In this document: positions 4,009-13,022 of the stretch, piece by piece
Layout of the letters: each line of letters starts with the position of its first letter
Numbering within the stretch: the first letter of the stretch is position 1
Source of the DNA: Candidatus Heimdallarchaeota archaeon
GTDB taxonomy: Archaea; Asgardarchaeota; Heimdallarchaeia; Hodarchaeales; Hodarchaeaceae
NCBI GenBank assembly: GCA_019057635.1
Contig: DXJL01000117.1
Span: 1 to 14,280, forward strand
Length of the DNA: 14,280 bases
Direction: 5' to 3'
Position numbers and translations under genes: made by a program
The notes under the pieces: generated by a model
Database searches by the model: none
Told to the model about the DNA's origin: nothing
The model's input: only the letters and a program-made list of their open reading frames with translations

Positions 4009-5630
4009 AGAACTCTCTTTTCAGGGCTGTAGATTTTATAGAACAATTCCTCCCTGACGAGAACGACACTACAAAGCTCGTTAAATTAACTCAACCGCAG
4101 AAGGACGCAATAGATTCAATACAATACGGCTTTCCCCTGAGTCATTTTGATTTTAGGGAGATCGATGAACCTCCACGAGGTGTCGTGATGATTTGGCCTC
4201 GTCAAACAGGCAAAACATCAGGATGCGGTTACGCGGCAGATGCTTTACTCTTCTTAAAACCAGGATGTAAAATAGGTATTATTGCGGCTACTGAAAAGCA
4301 GTCACGCAAATTATTTAATAAGATTAAGAAAGTTCTAAAGAACTCAATCTTCTGGGATTATGTTATAAAGAAAACCCTCCGCGTTGATTTCTTGGAAACA
4401 ATTCAAGGAAGCTTCGTAGAGTGTTGGCCATGTACTGATGGAATAGAAGGAAGCACATACGATTTCTTATTTATTGACGAAGCCGCTCTGATGGACGAAA
4501 ACATCATATTTCAATCAGCAATGCCAACCGTCACTCACGGAACGAGATGGATAATGCTTTCCACGCCAAAAGGGCCTAAGGGAAAATTCATTGAATATTA
4601 CGACAAAGGATTAGCTACAAGACCAGTAATCTGTAATCATTGTAACGAACACTTCCCTCAAGCCGCTTTTAATGTTGAAAGATTCCCTCACGGGAAAATA
4701 CCAATAGATGAAATGCACAATTGTCCATTTTGCGGAAAGAAAGACTACCGCTACGGCGTAGGACAATTCTCAGTACCTTATGTTGATCCTTGGAACGATG
4801 GCTTGCGTAAACCAAAATATGTTAAACAATTATTAGATGAAGCAGGATGGTCTCCCACAGCAAGACAAGAATATCTAGGAGAAATCATTTCTGACGCATC
4901 AATGGTATTCTTATCAGAATGGCTTAAAAATTGTACTAACACTCAGTTGAAAAACTTATTCAGAGCTAGTAATAAAATTAATTATGTATTAGGAATAGAC
5001 TACGGCCGCAAGCACGACGCATCGTGTTTCTATGTCACTCATAGAGACGAGAGAACAGGTAAAATCATTCTCGATTATGGATTGACCGTGGCAGGAGAAT
5101 TTGACGAACATAAAACTTATAAATACATTCGAGAAAAATTAATGAAAGTAATACAAGTTTTTAACCCCGTTTGGGTAGTACCTGATGCCACAGGTATGGG
5201 TGATCCACTAGTAGAAATGTTAGAGGAAGACATCACACGAATCCGAAGAAATGGAATGCCAGTCAAAACTCAAATTTTCGACAATAGAAATAATCAAAAA
5301 GGATACATTATATCAAGAACATCAAAACCAGAATTAGTAGGAAATCTTATTTCTCTTTTTCAAAGAGGCATGATTAGAATACCTCCAACAGCAGAAGTAG
5401 AAATGGGATATTTGAGAGAAGAACTTCTTAGATTTGAATGCGAAGACATAGCAGGAAGCGATTATATTAAGTTTGGAACTCAAACCTTTCACGACGACCG
5501 CGTGATAGCATTAGCTCTATCCTGTTGGGGACATCGTAGGAGACCTACAATGGTAGATAAAATAAAAATTAGAGGCGTAAAATACAAACCACTAGAGGAG
5601 AATTATGAAGGAGGATCACTCTTTACCTGA
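3978..5630 (+). CDS. terL: Terminase large subunit, 550 aa
   Basis: Adenine-binding LTQPQ, Walker A PRQTGKTS, Walker B FLFIDEA, coupling motif LSTPKG, RQEYLGE linker, and RNase H-like nuclease motifs GIDYGRKHD and HDDRVIALAL. Confidence 0.97.
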   Translation: MEAIKELQDIENSLFRAVDFIEQFLPDENDTTKLVKLTQPQKDAIDSIQYGFPLSHFDFREIDEPPRGVVMIWPRQTGKTSGCGYAADALLFLKPGCKIGIIAATEKQSRKLFNKIKKVLKNSIFWDYVIKKTLRVDFLETIQGSFVECWPCTDGIEGSTYDFLFIDEAALMDENIIFQSAMPTVTHGTRWIMLSTPKGPKGKFIEYYDKGLATRPVICNHCNEHFPQAAFNVERFPHGKIPIDEMHNCPFCGKKDYRYGVGQFSVPYVDPWNDGLRKPKYVKQLLDEAGWSPTARQEYLGEIISDASMVFLSEWLKNCTNTQLKNLFRASNKINYVLGIDYGRKHDASCFYVTHRDERTGKIILDYGLTVAGEFDEHKTYKYIREKLMKVIQVFNPVWVVPDATGMGDPLVEMLEEDITRIRRNGMPVKTQIFDNRNNQKGYIISRTSKPELVGNLISLFQRGMIRIPPTAEVEMGYLREELLRFECEDIAGSDYIKFGTQTFHDDRVIALALSCWGHRRRPTMVDKIKIRGVKYKPLEENYEGGSLFT

Positions 5631-5856
5631 AAATAATTGCGAAATCAAATGGGTGGATGGCATGCCTTGTATAGTGTTACCACCAGGAAGTATCACAATA
5701 AAACGACCACGACCACGAATGGGTGTAATGGAATTCCATATCGTAGACCTTCGTAAAATGCCAAAAGATTTTACGGAACTACAACGAAAGAAAGAAACAA
5801 CCTTCTTAGATAAAATAATGAAGGAATTAGATGAATTTTTTAAAGGATGGTTTTAA
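5605..5856 (+). CDS. Hypothetical protein, 83 aa
   Basis: GAGGAG RBS upstream. The stop is directly followed by the portal ATG (TAAATG). Confidence 0.65.
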   Translation: MKEDHSLPENNCEIKWVDGMPCIVLPPGSITIKRPRPRMGVMEFHIVDLRKMPKDFTELQRKKETTFLDKIMKELDEFFKGWF

Positions 5857-7350
5857 ATGCCAATAAGAAAACAGCAAAACACAGAAAAGGAATACGCTGC
5901 TAGTAGCAAGGCTATTGTTGCTCATTTAGGAAGCGGTGATTTAAGTCTTGACGAAGATTTACGGGCTTTAAGAAAAGTTATGATTAAGCCCACTTTTAGA
6001 AATCTTGAGGAAGGATTTTGGAACGATTCTATTGCTGTATCTTTCACCGAAATCACAGCGGCAGTCATCATAGGAGATGGACTAAGAGTCCGTTGCGATA
6101 AAAGACCAGAAGCAGTTGAAGTTATTAAAAAATGGAATAGAAGAATTAATGTTAAAAGGCAAACTATAGAAGACTTTATCAGAAATACTTGGTACGATGC
6201 CATAGTATATGGTAAATTTTTCTGGAGAGTAGATGAAGATAATCGAGATTATACTAATGTAGACATTCAAAGAGTCGATCCGAAATCAATTGAGGTTAGG
6301 GTCGATCCAGTAATGGGATATAGGAAATTTATTCAGCATGTTATGAAATATAGCTATCATCGTTCTAAAAAAGCATTTTATAGACAAGCTGGAAAAGAAG
6401 ACACCAGTAAAGTTATTTGGAGTAGCCAATGGGGTAATACTTTATACAATCCAGGTAGACGAGACATATTACAAGAGAATTATTCTCTTTACGAAAGTCC
6501 AGAATCTGGATATAAACAAATGGCAATTGATTTACCAGACGAACCGAATGTAATGTTGTTCGGAGACTATTTTCACAAACCACCAATAGCCAATGCGTTA
6601 CACTACATCGTTTACAAAAGATGGATATTATGGTTTATGAGAAAATACTCACAAAAACACTGGGCACCATTTGTAGTCTTAAAAGTTGGGGATCCAAGAA
6701 CAAACACTTATCCAAGCGACATACACAAAATGCAAGCCGCTATTGATAATGGACAGTCCTTCATAAGACAAATCACCAACTTTGGTGGAGTAGCTATCCC
6801 TGGAGAAATGGACATCAAGACATTAGAAACTCAAACAGCAAGAAGTTCAGAGATTTATGTATTGTACATAAGAGAACTTGACAAGCAAATAATGTATACT
6901 ATCTTCGGTTCTATGGGTCAGAGAGAAGCCTCTGGTTCAGAACTAGCAACTTCAAGACAATTACAGGAAGGATGGCTAAGATTTGTAAAAGGTATTCGAA
7001 GAGAATACGAATTAATGCTTACGAACTTCTGGGCATCAGTAGTTTTACCTTATAATGAAATTAACGATGTAGAACCAATGGATTTAGAAATTGACTTTAG
7101 TCCATTGAGATTCGAAACAACTGAAGAACTAATGCGTTCTATTGAACTAGGCGCAAATGTTGGTTTATGGAAAGATACAAACGAAATGAGGAAGGCGGCT
7201 CAAAGTGCATTCGCATTTTTAGACGAACTCCCTGAAAGTGAAAATCAAAAGGTTGAAGCACTTGCAAAACAAACTCAAGGACAGAATCAAACAGGCCCTC
7301 AAACAAGACTTATGGAACATTATCAATCAAGAGAAGATCGAAAAGATTGA
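5857..7350 (+). CDS. Portal protein, 497 aa
   Basis: Position after terL, size, and portal-like segments DAIVYGKFFWRV, RVDPKSIEVRVD and PPIANALHYIVYKRWILWFMRKYSQKHWAPFVVLKVG. Confidence 0.9.
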   Translation: MPIRKQQNTEKEYAASSKAIVAHLGSGDLSLDEDLRALRKVMIKPTFRNLEEGFWNDSIAVSFTEITAAVIIGDGLRVRCDKRPEAVEVIKKWNRRINVKRQTIEDFIRNTWYDAIVYGKFFWRVDEDNRDYTNVDIQRVDPKSIEVRVDPVMGYRKFIQHVMKYSYHRSKKAFYRQAGKEDTSKVIWSSQWGNTLYNPGRRDILQENYSLYESPESGYKQMAIDLPDEPNVMLFGDYFHKPPIANALHYIVYKRWILWFMRKYSQKHWAPFVVLKVGDPRTNTYPSDIHKMQAAIDNGQSFIRQITNFGGVAIPGEMDIKTLETQTARSSEIYVLYIRELDKQIMYTIFGSMGQREASGSELATSRQLQEGWLRFVKGIRREYELMLTNFWASVVLPYNEINDVEPMDLEIDFSPLRFETTEELMRSIELGANVGLWKDTNEMRKAAQSAFAFLDELPESENQKVEALAKQTQGQNQTGPQTRLMEHYQSREDRKD

Positions 7351-7624
7351 TTTTAAGAGAGCAGTTATAGACGAACTCTTAGGATGTAGAGAAGTGGATT
7401 TAGGATTTGTAGTCTGGATGGCTAATAACATTGAGAGAGAATACAATTACACTCTTTCTTACTTTTACGACGCCATGGAAAAAGACTTTAAAGGAGATAT
7501 ATTAACTGTTATTCAGAACAGTATTAGTATTTTGTGTGAAAGATTAGAATGGATTATACATAATATAGCTGATTACGATGGAAGAAAAAAGAGCATTAAT
7601 CGAAAAAATATCAGAAGACTGTGA
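7238..7624 (+). CDS. Hypothetical protein (start uncertain; GTG 7238 overlaps portal by 113 nt)
   Basis: Fills the gap between the portal and the 7578 ORF. The sequence after the portal stop (DFKRAVIDELLG...) looks protein-like. Confidence 0.55.
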   Translation: MKIKRLKHLQNKLKDRIKQALKQDLWNIINQEKIEKIDFKRAVIDELLGCREVDLGFVVWMANNIEREYNYTLSYFYDAMEKDFKGDILTVIQNSISILCERLEWIIHNIADYDGRKKSINRKNIRRL

Positions 7625-7868
7625 GAAGATGGCTAAGTTAGCATACGATTTAGAAGGATGCGACGATTGTAAAACTTGCAAATCGTTTCACAAATGTTTC
7701 ACAGGACTTCGATCTTCGATTGGCGACATAGCGAAAACATTAAAGTATATATTTGAGAATTTAATAGAATTAGATGATACAGTTATTGATTTAACTGCGG
7801 TTTTAGAAAAACACAATATCGTACCCGAAAAAAGGGAAAAACAAAAAGGAGCACAAATTTATAGTTGA
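7578..7868 (+). CDS. Hypothetical helical protein with a C-x2-C-x2-C-x5-C motif, 96 aa
   Basis: GCDDCKTCKSFHKC between two amphipathic helices. The stop overlaps the next start (TTGA). Confidence 0.7.
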   Translation: MEEKRALIEKISEDCEKMAKLAYDLEGCDDCKTCKSFHKCFTGLRSSIGDIAKTLKYIFENLIELDDTVIDLTAVLEKHNIVPEKREKQKGAQIYS

Positions 7869-8377
7869 GTATTAGAATTAGTATGTCATTGCAAGGTGCA
7901 ATAGACTTTCTTGCGGAATTAATGAGTGGTCGGCCTAGACAGATGGCTATTCGTAATGCTGCGCAACAAATCGTAAATACATTGTGGAACAGAGTATATG
8001 TTAATGATCTTGATACGCTTTACTCAGTTCCTACTGCGGCTATAATGAGGAGCTTAATAGGAAGCAATTCAGTACCACCTGCTGGCCCTCCTTATTCTCC
8101 TCTTTATTATCAAATAAAATTATCCGCAGGAGTACCAGTTCACGAATGGACTGGCGTAATGAAAGCTAATACGCTTGTAGAATTTATTGGTGGTAGAATA
8201 CACTTTTCAATTCCAACAAGTGCAACTACAAGATGGAGCAGAGCAGGGCCACATAACTTTGGGCCTGTACACGAAGCAAGAAGATCAGTTTTAAAAGCAA
8301 CTATGGTCTTAGCTTGGAACGACTTAATGAATGCTGTTGTTGAAACATATCGTAACATAGCAGAATCATTTACTTAA
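7865..8377 (+). CDS. Putative neck/virion morphogenesis protein (Mu gpG / HK97 gp10-like), 170 aa
   Basis: N-terminal strand-helix, WTGVMKAN (a TG-x-L/M-like motif), NFGPVHEARRSVL (an HE..R..L-like motif) and a C-terminal helix. It lies between portal and protease, as gene G does in phage Mu. Confidence 0.6.
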   Translation: MSIRISMSLQGAIDFLAELMSGRPRQMAIRNAAQQIVNTLWNRVYVNDLDTLYSVPTAAIMRSLIGSNSVPPAGPPYSPLYYQIKLSAGVPVHEWTGVMKANTLVEFIGGRIHFSIPTSATTRWSRAGPHNFGPVHEARRSVLKATMVLAWNDLMNAVVETYRNIAESFT

Positions 8378-8386
8378 GGTGATTAA

Positions 8387-8722
8387 ATGGGACATAAAAG
8401 AACAGATAAATTTATAGATTCTGAACAGTTTCTTAAATATAGACGAGATATGGTTAAGAAAAAATCTGAAGGATGGGAAGATTCATGGGCAACCGACAAA
8501 AATTGGCGCAAAAAAACAATTGATACTATTTATGTGTGCAAATTTTGTGCAAAAAAGATGTATTCAGCACACTACGAGGCTGGAGCAATTACTATGTCTT
8601 GTCGTACACCCCTTTGTCCTGGTAATATAGACAGAGGAATGAAATTGTCCTTCGATGCCGCCAAGATGGATATTAAAGAGATGACCAACCAATACTTTTT
8701 TGATTCACAAATGCGTTTTTAA
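8387..8722 (+). CDS. Zinc-finger protein (C-x2-C-x17-C-x4-C), 111 aa
   Basis: CKFCAKKMYSAHYEAGAITMSCRTPLC, with an AAGGTGA RBS 4 nt before the ATG. Confidence 0.8.
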   Translation: MGHKRTDKFIDSEQFLKYRRDMVKKKSEGWEDSWATDKNWRKKTIDTIYVCKFCAKKMYSAHYEAGAITMSCRTPLCPGNIDRGMKLSFDAAKMDIKEMTNQYFFDSQMRF

Positions 8723-8730
8723 AGGACTAC

Positions 8731-8740
8731 TTTATAAATA
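8731..8740 (+). promoter_or_regulatory. TATA box (TTTATAAATA) for the capsid/tail operon
   Basis: Same CTTTATAAA core as 3557..3565, in the only sizeable intergenic gap of the structural cluster, about 25 nt before the AAGGTGA RBS. Confidence 0.6.
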
Positions 8741-8777
8741 ATAAAAATATAATACTAGTAATAAGGTGATATAAAGA

Positions 8778-9815
8778 GTGGAAGATTATAACATCGATTT
8801 TACATTGGAAAAAATTGAGCAGGAGAATGACGATTTCTTTTTCCTAGCGAGGTCAATTACAAAAGACTTTGTCTGTGAAAAAGGTTTGGGACGACTGAGT
8901 AAAGATTCGCCAGGCAAACCTTTGGTCTGGAGACACGAACATCCAGTCAATCCTGATTATAAGTCCACTCATATTTACGGACGCGTACTGGAATCCAATG
9001 TTGATAATGGATCAATAGTATCCAAATATCAAGTTTACGGTCATACTGACGACCATCGAAAAATAAGAAAGGTAATCAAAAAAAGACATGAGATTAATGA
9101 ACCGATAAAAATTTCGATGCGCTTTAGACAATATGGCGATGATAAAGACCCAGTACACTTTGATGTAATAGAACATTCATTAACACCAACACCAGCGTGT
9201 GATGAATGTAAAGTAATAGATATCTTAAACGAGAGTGATAACATGCCTGAAGAGGAAAAATTAAAAGAAGTTTTAAAAGAGATTCAGGAGTTAGAAAAAC
9301 AGCTAACGAAAAAGGATAAAGCTTTGGAACAACTCGAAAGTAAGATCGTTACTTTGGAAAAGCAATATGAGGAAGCCACGAAAGAAGTTGAAACCGAGAA
9401 ATCCCAAAAAGATAAAATTGCAGATCAACTCTTAGAATTCAAAGATTCTTTGAACGAATTGAAATCCAAGAACGCAAAATTGGAAAATGATATGAAATTC
9501 AAAGGAATTGAACCATTACTCAATACTCTTATTGAGCTTGATGGAACAGAAATGAAAGAATTGTATGAGATGAAGGCAAGAAGTGCTTTAGCGGATGACA
9601 AACTTTTTGAGAAGGTAAAGGTTGATTTTAAAGCAAGAATTAAAAAGCTTGAAAAGGAATCTGCCCACGCAGTCCCAGAAGATTTGGCAACAACTGCTGG
9701 AAGTGCCTTAATGCGAGATGAGGAATTAGAGGAATCTAAAGAATCTACCGTAAAGAGGGACAAAAAGGCTTTCGCAAATATGCCAAAAGAATTTTTTGAA
9801 AAGAGAGGTGCATAG
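8778..9815 (+). CDS. Prohead maturation protease fused to a coiled-coil scaffold domain, 345 aa
   Basis: HK97/herpes-type protease motifs PLVWRH...IYGRV, KISMRF and IEHSLTPTPA, followed by a long E/K-rich heptad region. It lies upstream of the decoration and MCP genes. Confidence 0.85.
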   Translation: MEDYNIDFTLEKIEQENDDFFFLARSITKDFVCEKGLGRLSKDSPGKPLVWRHEHPVNPDYKSTHIYGRVLESNVDNGSIVSKYQVYGHTDDHRKIRKVIKKRHEINEPIKISMRFRQYGDDKDPVHFDVIEHSLTPTPACDECKVIDILNESDNMPEEEKLKEVLKEIQELEKQLTKKDKALEQLESKIVTLEKQYEEATKEVETEKSQKDKIADQLLEFKDSLNELKSKNAKLENDMKFKGIEPLLNTLIELDGTEMKELYEMKARSALADDKLFEKVKVDFKARIKKLEKESAHAVPEDLATTAGSALMRDEELEESKESTVKRDKKAFANMPKEFFEKRGA

Positions 9816-9820
9816 AATAA

Positions 9821-10330
9821 ATGGCTTATAGACAAGGATTTACAGCTTTTTTCAAAGAGCATACAACAAGCTTGAGCAAAGGACGATTCTGGTTAGATGA
9901 ACTTTCTGATTGTGAACTTGGAGAACCAATGCAATTAGACACAACCACTGGTTATGTCGCAAACCCAATAAACAAGAGGAGAATCAAATCCTACGATAAT
10001 GTTACACCAGGCGCTGAAGAGGTTATAGGCGTGTCGCTTGACATCAGGTCAGTAATGACAGGTGCCACAGCAGACGAGAAAATTATGAGACCAGATTATT
10101 ACTGGCCAAGAGAAATAACTGTAATGGCAATTGGAATTTGTCCTGTTGTTAATACAGCCACTGGTTATGAAGCACAAATTAACGATAAAGCAGTTCCAGC
10201 AGATGGAGGCGCTCAATCAGTTAATGCACCAGGAGTTTCAACTGGCTTCACACTTGGAAAATGGCTACAGGAAACTTTAGCTCAAACACCAGGTTTAATC
10301 TGGGTAAACCCACAGATGGAGGTGCTCTAA
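9821..10330 (+). CDS. Putative capsid decoration/cement protein, 169 aa
   Basis: Lies between protease and MCP. Gly/beta-rich motifs ELGEPMQL, VIGV, ITVMAIGICPV, VPADGG and LGKWL. GAGGTG RBS. Confidence 0.65.
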   Translation: MAYRQGFTAFFKEHTTSLSKGRFWLDELSDCELGEPMQLDTTTGYVANPINKRRIKSYDNVTPGAEEVIGVSLDIRSVMTGATADEKIMRPDYYWPREITVMAIGICPVVNTATGYEAQINDKAVPADGGAQSVNAPGVSTGFTLGKWLQETLAQTPGLIWVNPQMEVL

Positions 10331-11452
10331 ATGAGTTTTCAATGGAGCAACTTAACTGAACCCGCACTAATCCCTACTTGGTTATACCGAAGGTATATCG
10401 AAGCTATTGATTTTTTTGACGCGGAATGGGCACCAATGTTCACAAGATTCATGCCTAAAAGACCTGCACCAGGCCCTGGTTCAAAGAAACATTTTAGTTT
10501 ACCATGGCTAGCCGACCCTCAAGGAATGGCTAGATTTCACGATCCCAGAGAAAGAATCGAATTGATGGGCGCACCACACATTGAAGGAATTACCTTTAAT
10601 GCGAGAACAATTAAGAATGGGTACGCTGAAGATATGGAGGAATTCGCTGAGGATTTCGAAAATGGAGTAATTCAAGCCAAACGCTTGATGATGGATAGGC
10701 AATTAGTAAGATTCGTCAATAGAACAATCGAATATACCTTAACCCGTTATGTTTATGGAGACCCAGTCGTAATGGCTTCATTCTCTACTCAAACAACTGA
10801 TAGACAAGGATATGCAAATGTCCGAACTGGAACATTCAGAGGAGTTGCTGACGCAAACTTAGGTGGAAACCAATGGGGACTGCCAGGAGCAAACATCTTC
10901 GCAGATTTAAACTATCTTAAGGATAGATTTGAACTGATGTCAGGTGAACAAGCAACAAATTTAGTAATTGGTCGTGTAACAGCAAGATCAATGGAAGACA
11001 ACAACGGATTGTTAAACAGATTAATCCAAATCAAGGACACCACACAAGGAGTTCTTGGGGCGGCAATTCAAGGTTTAGCAATTAATCGTGTAGTCGGACA
11101 AAGTTACAAGGAAGTTCCAGGTATCAATACTGATAGAGAAGGTTACCCAGGACGCGGTGACTACCTAAGACAAACTTGGGCTAGGTTAAACAAGATTGAC
11201 ATGATGACATCTGAATATGCAAGTGGAAGATGGGAGTGGGGTTTAATTACCAACAACCAACTAGGCTATACAGCCTGCGCTTGGACACACAGACTTCATC
11301 AAGAACAAAGATCGAGTCCTACTGAAATGTTCACCAGACAATGGAAGGAACATGATCCTTTGGAAATTAAAAACAGTGTAGCTATTTCAGTAACTCCTGT
11401 TGTGCAAGATTTTGCAAATGCTCTTAGATTAGATCAATTAGCAATGCAGTAG
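10331..11452 (+). CDS. Major capsid protein (HK97 fold, lambda gpE-like family), 373 aa
   Basis: Size and position. Spine helix FVNRTIEYTLTRYVYG and NQWGLPGANIFADLNYLKDRFELMSGEQATNLVIG resemble gpE-family motifs. GGAGGTG RBS. Confidence 0.88.
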   Translation: MSFQWSNLTEPALIPTWLYRRYIEAIDFFDAEWAPMFTRFMPKRPAPGPGSKKHFSLPWLADPQGMARFHDPRERIELMGAPHIEGITFNARTIKNGYAEDMEEFAEDFENGVIQAKRLMMDRQLVRFVNRTIEYTLTRYVYGDPVVMASFSTQTTDRQGYANVRTGTFRGVADANLGGNQWGLPGANIFADLNYLKDRFELMSGEQATNLVIGRVTARSMEDNNGLLNRLIQIKDTTQGVLGAAIQGLAINRVVGQSYKEVPGINTDREGYPGRGDYLRQTWARLNKIDMMTSEYASGRWEWGLITNNQLGYTACAWTHRLHQEQRSSPTEMFTRQWKEHDPLEIKNSVAISVTPVVQDFANALRLDQLAMQ

Positions 11453-11461
11453 ATGGTATAA

Positions 11462-12076
11462 TTGTCGAACGAAGAAAAATACACTACGAAGGACGACATA
11501 GTTTATTTTGTAAAGATGTTCAACGAAGAATTTGACGAGGATAGAATCGACGATCGACTCTTGAAAATGGTCAATGCCAAGATAGATGGCTGGTTAATCG
11601 AGCATGGCTGTAGAGCACGAAATATTACAGATAAGCTGAACCTTTTATGGTCAGCCGCTGTTGTTTTTTGCCTAGAAATGCTTTGTTATACAGGTGACTT
11701 AGCTTGGTCTACGGGGGATGTAGCTTTACAAAAACTAAACAAAGTCACCTATGGGTTTCAAAGATGGCAACCTATGTTCTTTTTCGCTACGGGAGCTAGC
11801 GATCCGTTCAAAGGTTTGCTACCGCATGAGACATATAGGATGATGGCGTACGCATATGTAGAGGCTTATTGCCGTGATGATTTTTTTCTACAATACGGCT
11901 CAGTATATCCAATACCTAGAATAGCTTATGACGACACATCAAGAGGATGGAGATGGAATTTAATAAATGCCCAGAAATCTATCGCTGATGTTGAATCGAA
12001 ATATGATGGCTTAACTGGTGTAGCATTATTGGAATATGAATATTATACAGAATGGGATGACGAGGGGCCTTGGTAA
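11462..12076 (+). CDS. Putative head-tail adaptor protein, 204 aa
   Basis: N-terminal YTTKDDI, then VNAKIDGWL and LWSAAV helices typical of adaptor proteins. Directly after the MCP. Confidence 0.7.
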   Translation: MSNEEKYTTKDDIVYFVKMFNEEFDEDRIDDRLLKMVNAKIDGWLIEHGCRARNITDKLNLLWSAAVVFCLEMLCYTGDLAWSTGDVALQKLNKVTYGFQRWQPMFFFATGASDPFKGLLPHETYRMMAYAYVEAYCRDDFFLQYGSVYPIPRIAYDDTSRGWRWNLINAQKSIADVESKYDGLTGVALLEYEYYTEWDDEGPW

Positions 12077-12436
12077 ATGTTCCAAACACAAAAAATGTTT
12101 GAGGAAACGGTGACAGTTCTCAATGAGGGTTCTCCTATTAGGGGAAGCGGAGGGATAGCAATTATTACCGATGGAACATCACAAAGCATCAGAATGCTTA
12201 TATTGCCTGACGATAACAGGCACAGGGAACCGCGTAAAGAAGGACAATATTCATACGAACAACTTTTTGCCCATGTCAGAAAAACTGAAATGGCTAAGGT
12301 TGATATGATACCAGGAAAAACTAGAGTAGTTTGGAATGGCAATGAGTATAAAGTTATAAATATTATAGATTATAGAACAAAAGTAAGATTTCAGAACGCA
12401 GAAATAGAGATGAGAAGAAGACTTGACATTGATTGA
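12077..12436 (+). CDS. Putative head-closure protein, 119 aa
   Basis: Beta-rich, with RVVWNGNEYKVINIIDY typical of head-closure proteins. Synteny agrees. Confidence 0.7.
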   Translation: MFQTQKMFEETVTVLNEGSPIRGSGGIAIITDGTSQSIRMLILPDDNRHREPRKEGQYSYEQLFAHVRKTEMAKVDMIPGKTRVVWNGNEYKVINIIDYRTKVRFQNAEIEMRRRLDID

Positions 12437-13022
12437 GGAAGCCCACAGAAAGTTAATAAATGACATACAGTCTATGGATTTTACTTATCTGGGATGGGAT
12501 CCCAATATATTAGTGTGGAGAGCAGGAGAAGCAGGCCCAAGAGAGTTACCATATATAGCAGTAGATTTTATCGCAACATCAAGAAAATTATTTCCTTCCT
12601 TTGCTGATATAGTAGGAAGGATAGACGATGTTCGTGCTGAATATGCCTACTGTGAATTAGAAATGGTAACTATTACTGTCTATGCCAATAAATACCACAA
12701 TAGTGGAGCAGTTAGAGGCAGAGACTTCGCAGGATGGGCGGCAATAGAAATAAGAAAACATATACTCTATTATTGGAATCAAATATTAATAGATTACAAT
12801 GCTTCCGTTGATAGGAAGCTAGCGGCACCAATTCAAGATTTAACAAATTGGAAACAAGATGTAGCTACGAGAGTAGCTGAATACGAGATAACACTCTATT
12901 TACGAACAGATGTTAGATGGTATCGAGAATTGGAGCCAGGAGAAGAAGAAGAATCAAGAGCAAGAAAGGCTTATATATTATTACAAAATAAAAACAATTT
13001 GAGAGTGATATTTAGTGGGTGA
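12423..13022 (+). CDS. Putative tail terminator/neck protein, 199 aa
   Basis: PRELPYIAVDF, VTITVYA and YEITLYL strands. Directly upstream of the sheath gene. Confidence 0.65.
   Translation: MTLIEEAHRKLINDIQSMDFTYLGWDPNILVWRAGEAGPRELPYIAVDFIATSRKLFPSFADIVGRIDDVRAEYAYCELEMVTITVYANKYHNSGAVRGRDFAGWAAIEIRKHILYYWNQILIDYNASVDRKLAAPIQDLTNWKQDVATRVAEYEITLYLRTDVRWYRELEPGEEEESRARKAYILLQNKNNLRVIFSG

Noticed and set aside
3978-5630. Intein or intron in terL
   Set aside because: Normal length, no intein splice-junction pattern (C/S...HN-C/S/T) or LAGLIDADG motif. The insertion is a short zinc ribbon.
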